Shown here piece after piece: positions 40,701 through 52,700 of a DNA stretch of 64,000 nt. The stretch lies in NCBI GenBank assembly GCA_021513715.1, contig CP084167.1, positions 2,336,001 through 2,400,000 on the forward strand, in the 5' to 3' direction. Source of the stretch: Candidatus Heimdallarchaeum endolithica. GTDB lineage: Archaea; Asgardarchaeota; Heimdallarchaeia; Heimdallarchaeales; Heimdallarchaeaceae. Every line of letters begins with the position of its first letter. Position 1 is the stretch's first letter. The translations under genes and the position numbers were made by a program. Below the pieces are notes generated by a model, which saw only the letters and a list, made by a program, of their open reading frames with translations, was not told where the DNA came from and did not search any database.

Positions 40701-43700
40701 ACTAGAAGACCAGTCGTATTTAGATGATAGTGGATTTGACACCTCTGACTATTCAGGAGACAATTTTTCTGTTGCTCCCTTTTTGAGCGATTATTATGGC
40801 TTGCTTGATATAGATTTAAATTATATTCCATCAAACGAAAGGGTTAAAGTATGGACAGATAACGATGCGGAAGGATTAAAACAATATTACTATAATAATA
40901 ACAACCATTATTTGCTTCCTTCTACCGTTACTGTTCCTATAAACGATTGGAGGGTAAATAAAGGAGCGTCAGTAGGAATCTATTCTACTCCCTTAACTTC
41001 ATTGAATCTTAATTTTATGATTAGTATGGATATTGAAAATAGAAAGACGTTTAATGAGGATATGACAATTGAACTTTTTGAATATAAATTCAAGCCTAAT
41101 ACTGATGCTTATGCTACTTCTCTTCCTTATTCTTATTATAAACTTAAGTTCTATCTTTATGGTTCAATTGAAATGCAAAATGAAGAAGGAGAGATGGAAG
41201 GAGGATATTTGTACTACCGTTTATTTGCTTATGATGGAGTAGAAGAAACTGAACTTACTCCTACTTACGATATGTTGAGCGATAATACTGATTTTCTTCA
41301 AGCTATATCTACTAATACTTTAGACTTTCCTAATATGCTAAGAATAACTGATAATTATGAAAAAGGTATTACGCACCTTATTTATAATACAAATGAAGAA
41401 AGTGAACTTCGTGCTGTTTTTCCTGTCAATTTTGAAGAAGCGTATACTATTTCTATTCACTTTGGTCAAGATCAAAGAATTGAAAGAGAATATGCCGATG
41501 CTGATTCTAAAAATGATGTTTTTGATACTCCATTTTTTGTAGGTGTATCCTCTTTTGACACTTTTCTAGAACTATATGAGGGAAGTGGAGAAAAAGCTAC
41601 TCTATTATTTGCTGATGTAACAATTCCTAGTTCAATGTTTCCTTCTCTTTTTATTCAAACTTCTGAAGCTATTAACTCCACTACTGAACTTTCATGGGAA
41701 ACAGATTATTCTATTAATTGGACACCTGAACCTACTTTCTATGTTAATTCTTACGAACCTTCTAGAAACGATGAAACAGGGTATAAACCTCTTGCACATC
41801 ACATTAACTTGTTTGAAAACCGTTATTTACTTTTGGAAGATTTAAAAACAATTTTTGAAGAAATAGATGTTACTCCCTATTTAGTAAACGAAAACTATGG
41901 AGACTTTCTTTACTTACCCAAATATTATTCTGCCACGCTCTCTACTTTTCAAGATGTATATGTTACTAATTATGACTTAAGCTTTGAAGGGACAGGAAAT
42001 TTCCAACTTATCGGCAATACAATACTTTCTTCTTATACTTTTGATTATAATGACGAGAAAAACAAAAATTGGAAAAATGAATTTATTTATAAAACTGTTA
42101 GTTCTTTGAAGTTTATTTCTACTTATGAAAAAGACTCTTTACCTAAAACCTATCTTTCATGTCTAGATTATTTATCTTATGAATATTATGCAAAAAACAA
42201 AAAAAGAGAGTATTCTTTTACTGACGGTTTTACTAATTATGAAGACTGGACAACAGTTGATTTTAGCCTCTTTGAAAGAGTAAAAGAACCTTCTTTACGT
42301 TCTTCTCCTTTAGGGTTAGTTATAGATGAGAATTCCATAGATTTTACCAACGAGAATATGGATAGTATTTACGATTATTTTGACCCCACTGATGAGTTAG
42401 AAGATCTTTTCTCCTTCTCTGGAAAAACTATGTACTATCTTCCCAGTTACTATATGAAAGGAGGAGATGACCAACCTGGACATAGTCTTTGGGATAGAGT
42501 ACTTGCAGGTGAAGCATTTCAAGGATTTAACCCTTCCTCTTCCCCCTATTATCAGAACCAGCAATATCTTTACAACAATTGGATGTACGATTTACAAAGC
42601 CAAATAATACAAAAAGAAGCAAAGAACATAGACGAAGATAGCGAATTAAATATCTACAATTTCTACGATGAGTTTCCAGAAGATGGACTTGATTTTTCTT
42701 GTATGTTACCTGATTATTTAAGATTTAAACCAGTTTACTATTCTGCCAGTTTACCTAAAGATTTTATATGGTCGTTTGATATAAACGTTGATTCATGGAG
42801 TCTTGGTAACCTTGCAGAAGACTATGTCAAGTTTTTTGATAAAGAAGAAGGACGATACTCTTTTTATATTACTATACCTATTATTTTACCTTCTCATGGG
42901 AATAAACCTTATTATCAAGATTTATCACCAGATCCCAATGTTTTAAGACTTTTCATCTATTATGATTCAGGAACAGAATATCACGATTCAGAAATAGAGA
43001 AAGGATACGTTAAACTTGACCCCCATTACAGCATCTATTTAGGTAGATCAATCATTGGAGTGTGGAAAGCATCAGAAAGTGTATCTCTCCATTTCGAAAT
43101 AGCAGTAGAGGAAAAAGAGATAGACGAGAGTTATGCTATTTATCAAGAGGGCGTTAATGGAGGTCCTCAAATTACAGCTTATTACGATTATAACCTTCAG
43201 ATGTGGATAAATAACGACAATATGTACTGGGATTTGCTCAAATTGCCGATGTGGATGTTGACAATAACTTATCCATATAAAGACAAAGATTATGATGCAA
43301 TAGAAAATACATATCAATACGACCTCATGTATAATCAGTTATTTAATACTCTCCCTTCTGAAAACGGTTATATCAACCCTCAATACTTTCAAGCTTTTAA
43401 CACGTACTATAAAGGATTATATGGAGACAAAGAACCTACTGGTTTTCAAATTGACGGTAGACTGTTTTTCGATACTGGAACATTAACTGAGCATACTTAC
43501 CATTGGTTGCAATATCAACGTTCTTTAGTTTCCGATAAATATTATTCTTTATCTTTATCCGAATACGGTATCGACCCTTCTGACCCTTCTCTTTACGATT
43601 TGGATTATCACTATTATAGCAGAGACAATTATGCAGGGATGGTTCGTTCAGATATGGCGGATGTAAGGTTTGAGAACCCTCGATATGTTAGAGGAGAATA

Positions 43701-46700
43701 TGATTGGTTTAACATAGCAAATGAAATTTATGAGAATGATTTTGCTTTATATAATATAGATTATGCTTTAGATAATAGTTTATACAAAATCCCACAAAGA
43801 ACAATAGGTTTTGGAGTAAATTATCCTTTTGTGGGGATAAGTGACGTGTCTATTACTCCTCTTAACTCTATTCAGACAACTGATCTGGATGAGGATGGAG
43901 AAGAAGATTTTTCTGTTATCAACGGAGAAGTAGCAACGGATGGAGAAAATGTTATAGTTAAACCTGGTAGTGCAATAACTTCTTTAGATTTGTCGAATGA
44001 TTTGGATATTGCTATTAAATATAAAGACATAATATCTTCTTGTAGGGGTTATTATGATAAAACTCTTCTAGACTACTCTTTTGAAGTTGGATTACAAGAT
44101 TTGCATAATCCTAATCTTAAATATTATTTTTATATGAAAAATAGGTACCCGTATAACCAATATTTTGAATATAAAAACTCAGAACAGATTGATAGTATCG
44201 ATCATTTTGGAGGAGACGATTCTTTACCAAGTTTAGATTCAGGAATAACTCAACCACTTATGGGAACATATGTGGGGATAAAAGGTTACGCTCAGAGTTC
44301 GTCAGACTATTCCTTAATTACAGATACACTTTCTTCTACTTTCAAACGTATATTTCAACCCAAGAATTCGATTTTATATGATTATTTAAATATAAAATAT
44401 GATGTTACCACTAAAATATTGACTTTTATACTCTGGTCGGAAAAATACGGTAATAAACAATCCTATGAAATAAGCTATAACCTTTCGGAAACAGGAGAAT
44501 TAGGAACGAATGATTTGACAAATTATACCTTATATTTTAAGACAGAGAACGCTTACTTGTTTATAGATAAGATTTACACTCGAACCTTTATGCCTGTAGA
44601 GGATACTAATTCTGAACGCTATTACAGAGGAGCAGGAAAACTAGGGGATTATTATCTTTACTCTCCTGTTAATCATGGGTTAGAATTACAAAATCAAGTT
44701 AAACTTAGCTATGAAGATTATAATCTTAATTCTTTTCCTTCCACTGAATTTTATTTCATACCTACTTCAGAGTCCAGTTTCTCCTTAGATTTATTTGGAA
44801 TAAAGAGTGATGATACACTCGAGAATTTTCTTAAGTTGGAAATAAATGGAAAAGAGTGTAAACTTTCATTAGATTCTGGAGACTCATGGAATTCTCTCAA
44901 TAATACAGAAATAGAGAATATGTTTGATGTGGTGAATAGTTATACTTGGAACAGTTTATCTATTCATCGTGGGAGTGAAGAAGACCAGCTGATTATAAAT
45001 CTGAATAATCAAGATTATCCATTCGTTTTTTATATTGATACCGAGGAATATTATAAGTACAAGTTCACTTTAACTCATAAGCGTTCAAGAACCGTAATAG
45101 ACAATTTATCTTTCATTTCTCTTTATGAGGAATTTGAAAATGATAGAGAGTTGTTAAATGATGAGTGGGAAAAAGATATTTCTCGAGGATTTTATAGACA
45201 GATACAGGTTACAAAAGTTCAATCCCAACTGATTATTTATGGTGCTGCAATTATAGAAGGGGAAACAGAAGTTGCAGTGACCTTCAACGATGATCCCAGT
45301 ACTACAGTCAGTCAAGTTTGGAAAATGTCTTCAGTAGGTATGAAGATGGACTATTTCTCTTACGTTATACCTTCTTCTGTAGATATGTCTTCACCAGTTA
45401 AAATTTCTCTTTCTGTTAGTAATATGGCTATAATCAACTGGTTAAGTATTGAACCGATGAAAGATGTTGAGTCTATACTTTATCTTTCTAACAATAATAA
45501 GTATATAAACCAAGTCTATAGTCCAATGGAGTATCTTTCTGGTTCAGAACTTGTCGATACTTCCACCTATGAGCAACCTCATGCTCTTGAAGTCGGAGGA
45601 ACAACGCAAGTAAAGTTCAAGTATAATTATTCTCCTGAAGATCTAGATGTCGCTCCTAACGTGGTTTTTGAAGGGTTTATAAAAGGACAAGGTAAAATCT
45701 CTTTCTCTTTTCAAGTTAAACTTCCAGACAAATTAACTAGTTTGAATGTGAATTTCATAGGTTTAGTGGGCGTAGGAGAGAGTACAGAGCAGTATATTGC
45801 TACAATCAGCAGAGAAGAAAAAACGATTACTTATTCCGCTATTCTCAGTTCAGCAGAGGAGCAAGAACAGTGGAAATATTTCTATATTAGCCTTTATCAA
45901 CTTGCAAGACATATTCCTAAAGAATTACTTGTAGATAATTATTCAAATGGAAGTAAAGAGGTGGATCTATTAGATGAAAATTACCCTGTTTCTGGTATAA
46001 TTTCTGATGCAAAAATGGTCGTTAATTATGCGGGCGCATATGTGGAAAAAATTATCCAATTAGAAAAAGGAGCAAGTCAAAATCTATACATTTCTGACTT
46101 GAAATCTACAATTACTAACATTCATAGCGCATATCCTTACGAAAATGCTTTATCTTCTTTGTCCGAGGAAATAAAGTGGAAAAAATATGATGTCCCATTT
46201 GATGGGTATATTCCTCTTGATAATGTCTATCTTGATGATTTTGACGGTAGTTCGTATTATATCTACGATGTAGTGGTTTATGTTGATGCTTCCACTTATT
46301 CTAAAGTACATTTAACAGTTGAAACTGAGGGCTCTTTTGTTCTTTCTAACCGCTACTCTATAATATTACAAAAGATGGGTTTTTCAAACGAAGTTGTTTC
46401 TACAGTCTTTAGCGCACAACAAGGATATACTCCCTTGTATCTTCACGTTGTTTTTCCAAAAACAGCTTTTAATCAGAATATACGCATTCAATACATCTCC
46501 AATGGAGGAGTGGCTATAAGTGCTGAAAACAATAGAGAAGGAGATGCCATATCAGAGTGGTTGATCTCTACTCCTTTCTATTCTGAAAAAAATGAGGACA
46601 CCGTTGATTATCTTAATTTTATTTCACAAGTTACACCTATGGAAGGAGAGCGATTCGAAAAAAGAGTAGTAGATTCAGAAGGATTTACCCACACAGAAAC

Positions 46701-49700
46701 AATAGAATTTTCTGAATTCACTTTTCCTGGATTTTGTCCTATCTTAGACTTTGTTCCTCATGCTGTTCCTTCAGGTTATTCTGTTATTCTCACTACTACG
46801 CTCGATTTCGCCAAAAGTTTGAACACTTCCTTAGTTCTACTCCTAAACAAAGAAAGTGGCATAACAATACAATCCTTACTTTGGGATGAGACTCCACTTC
46901 TTTACATCAATGAAGGAGTATTTAACGAAATTGACTCCGATTTGGAAAATGGTATGATTACTATACCTTTGAATAGTGAAGGGTTAACTGTCAACAGTCT
47001 CTTTTCTCCTAAAGAAAACAACCCTAATGAGTATGGTTTCATAGAAAACGACCCTGATTATAACTTTCATTTTTCATCTTCTGACCCTTATAGTATAAAA
47101 ACATCCTCTGTTAACCCTGATTCTGTTATTTTGAACAACAAAGGCATTCACAGAATAGTTATCCAATTAACCTTTCCTTCTCCTTATAATACAGATTTTG
47201 GAATATATTTGGAAAATGTAGATGATAGCGTGCGAACTGTTTTATCTCCCTCAGATAAAGCAATAGACTTTCATGCAGTAGCACAGAAGAACTTTATTCA
47301 ATTTGAAAACGATCTTCATCAACCTCAAACTCTTGCTCAATTAGAGAAAAACGAGAATACTTTATTTAAATCACGATATTTCAAAGATGACTATGGTCAA
47401 TACCATTCCTATAGAATTTATAGTCTTGGCTTTTCTGATGAATACACTTTAGATAAAGGAAAGAAATGGAAAATATATGATGGTGATACTGATGATTCTA
47501 ACGATGTTATCTATGAAAGTACAACCCACTATAATTGGAAACATGTAATAGGAAAGATGAATTTTGCAATTGTTATAGATGAAGGAACTCCACAAGTTTT
47601 GCAATTACCTTTTAATTTTCTAGTAGGTTATATGGTCTTTTGTGATTGGCTAGATACAAATGGAGATGGATTAGAAGACACATGTGCTCCTTATATAGGT
47701 CTAGCAGACCCCCTGGATGCTAGTTCTACTTACGATGATGTAAAAAAAGGTGTAGTTTATAATACAGAGGAAGAAAAGAAGATAAGTTATGATGTTACTG
47801 ATGAACAACAAGCAGAACTCAAGAATCTTACTGTACACCAATCGTTGGTATCTTCTCTTTCAACTACAGTAATTACAAAAACAGAAGAAGAAATACCCTT
47901 ATCCTACACTTCTGACGAAATAGCTGCTATTCAAAACAATGGATTAACTCTTGATCGTTATCTTCATTCTTTAATAGAAAATGACTATTTGACCTACTCT
48001 AAAGATATTGCAAGAGTAAAAATAACTATTAGTTCTTCAAATAATAAAGCAATAGACCTTGCTTATGATTATGATAAAGAAGTATTGTTCACCCACAGTA
48101 TTGATAATGCTACAGGAGAAGAAGAAAAAATAGTCTATGATTTCAGATATGACTGTTTTTCTGTCCTCACTCCTGATGCTTTTGCTAACGATAACTACAG
48201 AGTAGATTTTTATACTTTTAATAATAAACTAAGTCTCTATAATACAGATTTGTATAAACTTAAAGAGACTCCTAATTCTTACGGATTGTTTGATGACCCA
48301 CAAACTCTTTCACCTATGGTAGTATTAGAAAATTATAACTATGAAATAAAAGAAACTGTTAATAGTCTTGATTCAAAAGATGAAGAAATTTTAAACAATA
48401 CTCCAACAACAATTGTAGACGCTTTTGTTCAAGGATTAACTCTTTCTCAACTAAGTGTGGAAATGTATGATGCAGAAATAGAGATGGATTATTATAGTTT
48501 AGATCTCTTCTACTCTGTTTTCTTTAATGAATATTTGACTCTACAACAGTTCTTCTCTTCTCAAGAAACATTAAATAACAACCAGAAACATCAGTATTAT
48601 CCCACTGGGACAATCCAATTTGCTATATGGATTAGTTCAATACTTAACTCCTATATAATCCACCAATCAGACAAATTATTCGACGAATACCAAAACCGTA
48701 CTTCCCGATATGATTCAGAGAAAAAAGCTATAGCTGCTATGTCCTTTTTGTTAGACCTTATTATACCTTATCGCGGATTCAAAACCTATGGAGCGGAACC
48801 AGAACCAGAAGAGACTCATCACCCACGTTTCTCTAGTTATGTTGATTTCAAATATAGTCTAGTTATGTTTTGGGGATTAATCTTAGGTAATAGTGCAGGA
48901 TGTGGAATACCTAAAAATTCTATCCCTATGTTTCGAGATAGTGAGAGAACTGGAAAACTTTTGATGATTGACGAATTATGGGATAAAGCTATTAAAAACT
49001 GGAACTTGGCAGATAAAAGTAGAATAGATGATCCTAGCGAATATTTACCCTATACTGACCAAGCTGTAGTAGACAAAATACTGTTTGACGCTAGAGTAAG
49101 AGGAGATGAAGCTATGATCGACTGGATAACAAATGAAGATTATAGTGCTGAGGCTTATTACATGCAACCCTATGGAGTAGATTATGCGATTTATTACTGG
49201 TTGAAGGCTTTTACTATTCAACAAGGATATGACCCTTATGCTATCAAAGTTTACACCATTGAAGAGATGAATAGTCAAGAGAGAGAAGATTTTGACGAAA
49301 ATTATTTTGTTATAGGCGTTCCTGTTTCCACAATCGAAGACCGATATTTAGAATATAACTGGTTTGTAAGTCTAGATAAAGAAACACGTGTACCCACTTC
49401 TGCTACATCACAACTAATAGACTTTATCCCTCTTGTATTCGGTCAAAGTTCTAATCCACATGTAAGAACAATGATGAAAATAATTAAAAGATTAGGAAAT
49501 GTAGCAAAAGGAGAAAATTTCGGTTATAACACTTTTAGCATGAGCGAATTTAGCTTAATTGTTACTTTGGAATTTTTAGTGAATCTTATAGATATAGGCG
49601 CTTTACTTATTGATATCAGAGATGCCTATATAGGAGCTACTCCTTTTATACGCAAAATGTCGCTCATGCAAATACCAATGGATATACTAGATCTGTTTAC

Positions 49701-52700
49701 CCCAGGACCTTTTTCTCTCGTAGGAAATACAATGAATAATATTTTCAAATCTATAGTAGGTGACATTCCTACAGGAGTAAAAGGATTAACAAAAACAGCT
49801 AATTTGCTAGATATTATACAAAATTCTGCACAAGGAGAGTGGAAAAGCATTGCTCGCGCAGCAGGAAAATCAGAACTAATGATTTGGATAGTTGAAGCAG
49901 CACAAGTGACTTATCGTTTCTCTACACTAGCTAACCAGTTTTACCAATGGTTCTTCTTCCTCCCGCAAAAGATTTTCATGAGCAGTTTGCAAATAACCTT
50001 AAACTCATTCATGATCTTTGCCTCTAAAATGATTTATACCATCAGAAGAATGGATATAGAAGAAGCTACACTGTTAAACATTAAAGCGCAAGAATACTTC
50101 TACCAAGGACTAGATGATACTGCTAAAATGACAAGAGCTATATTAAGCCATCCAAAAATGCTATCCAGATTTGGGACTGAAGGACTTATAGAACGAGCAA
50201 ATATAGTAGCCAAATATTACATGAACATTATAATAAAGAAAGTAATGGAGTTGGAAGCAACATCAAAAGCAATACTAGAATCGGTTGAAAAGTCACGCTT
50301 CTATGTTATGATGGCCTTAAGATATGCTACACATATGTACATGAACACCCCAGGAGGAGTAGGTATACACTTCTCCCCCAATTTAATTGATAATGATAAA
50401 GAAACTGAAGGAAGATATTTTTCCACCGTGGATAACACTACAATTCGTCATGACATTAGTAACTCTTTGGATATATACCGATTTAACTATATAGCCGATA
50501 GTAAAACTAGACTCAACTTTGAGAAAGCTAAGTTTACAATAAGTGATTTAGAAGCTGCCAAAATAAAACTAGCCATATCTTTTTCCTCGCTTTCAGCAAT
50601 ACATTCGACACCTGAAACATTTCAAGCATATAAGGAAACGTTAGAATATATCGATGAAAGGTTGAAACAAATAACAAATGAAGAAGGTGAAAATCTAGAG
50701 TATACACCTATATGGTGGATTTTACATGTACCGGTTAATGCAGATATGAACAAGTACTCACTTAGACCTATATTTGATGAAAATCCGGCAGTTTCTTTTG
50801 TTCTCAGAATATTTATGTTAGAGAAAGCTCTAAATGAAAACTTGGAAAAGTCAATGGCTGAAGGAGAAATAAATTTTGGAGATTATGATGTTCGAACAGA
50901 ATATGAAAAAGAAATTCGTTCTAGTCTGGATAAAATATTAAGTTCTGCGCCTGTAGGTTTAAGCCATAGAGGCTTTGAACTAGTGGAGGACATAGATAGA
51001 AAATACGTGTGGAGAGCAAGAATTTTAGAACTATTTGGACAAACTCAAGGTTCACTGTGTAAACTAAAAACAAGAGATGAATTTGGTGATTGGGTAAGGT
51101 ATGGACGAACGGGAACAGATTTATTAGGTCTATTTGGATATGAAGAGTATAAACAATGTAAAAAAACAATAAGACGTATTCTATCTGCTCGTAGCCAAGA
51201 TGCTGTCTCTTTTATCTATTACTTTATGTCTTTAGGATTATTTGGATTTCGGTTCTATTCTGATGATGAAAGTGTGATGGCTCAATTAAGAAAAGATTTT
51301 CCAGACCATGATTTTGATACAGAACCGAGTATTAGTTTTACTAAGTTAGCAACTAAATATGGTGTGTCTGATTTTCAAGGATTAATGCCATCGAAAGAAT
51401 TTATAGTGCAAGCTCTTACACATTTAGGCTTAAAAGGTTTGGCGATTGATACAAAGATTACAAATTCTCTTTACTCTGTTACAGATTCAATGGGAATATT
51501 CAATAAAGCTATTGCAAAGAATATTTTGACCTCTGTAGCAGCAGAAAATGCATATATTGGACATGGGAGTGTAATTTACTATAAGGATAAAACGCAAGGA
51601 GAAATTATAAAAGATTTTGATAAAAACTCAGTATATTTTGCAAGGTATGTAGACGGAAAAGATACGAAACCTCCTATGGCATTTATTCCTGGTGACGCAA
51701 TACTGTTATATGACACAAACGAAGACCGTTATCTGTTTTTACGGAATAATTATCCAGAGCGGTTTTTTTATGAAGGTTTTACATTCCAAAAAACAGAATT
51801 CCTTGTATATTGGTTTCGAATAAACGAGGTCACAGGTAAAGGAGAGGTAGTTTATGATATATTGGATCACTATTGTAAAGATGAAGAAGGAAAACTAAAA
51901 GAAGGAATAACAATTGTAGGAACGGAAGATGTTCTTACAGATATGAATAAGTTTTATCCCAAAAGAAATAAAATAAGAAGCAGTCAACCCATAATATCAA
52001 TTGAAGTAAAACAAAATGGTGAAAACACAGATTACGTTGTCTCAATGGATGAAAAACTACCCTTGTTTAAGTTTGTAGGAGGAGATTACGCTACTCCAAC
52101 AGAAAAAGATATCAACTTTGCAAGTTTCCTTTATCCAAGCAAATATTCAGGAAATATTGTTTTTGGTTTATTAGATGATAACTTAGAGTTTATAGATGAA
52201 AAAGGCTTATGGCCTGTTTATATGGGGTTAAGTCCCTCAAGATACACATATAATGTAAAAGGAATAAATCTAGAAAACGTTAATTCAGCAAAAGAGTTAT
52301 TAGATAAATTAGATAAAAAAGAAAACTTACCAGAGGTAGAAGTAGCTACAAATACAAATAAATTGATAACTCGTCCCGCAACAGTTCAGGAAGTAAACCA
52401 ACAAAGAGTATACGAATTAATTAGATGGTACACAACGAATCAAGTTTATACTTATTATGTATCTACTTTAAAAAAAGAAAATAAAGCATTTTTATGTAGA
52501 GCCTATCTAGATGATTGGAACGCGGTTAAGTCATTAGGTGAAATCATAGAAATAATTGAAGATTCAGAAGGATATCTATATCAAAAATATGGATACAAGA
52601 ATAAACAAGAATATCTAAACTTTAGAATAAACATGATTCAAACAATAATAAATGAACAAGAACAATTCTATAAATACAAATTTAAAGACGATAACCTTTC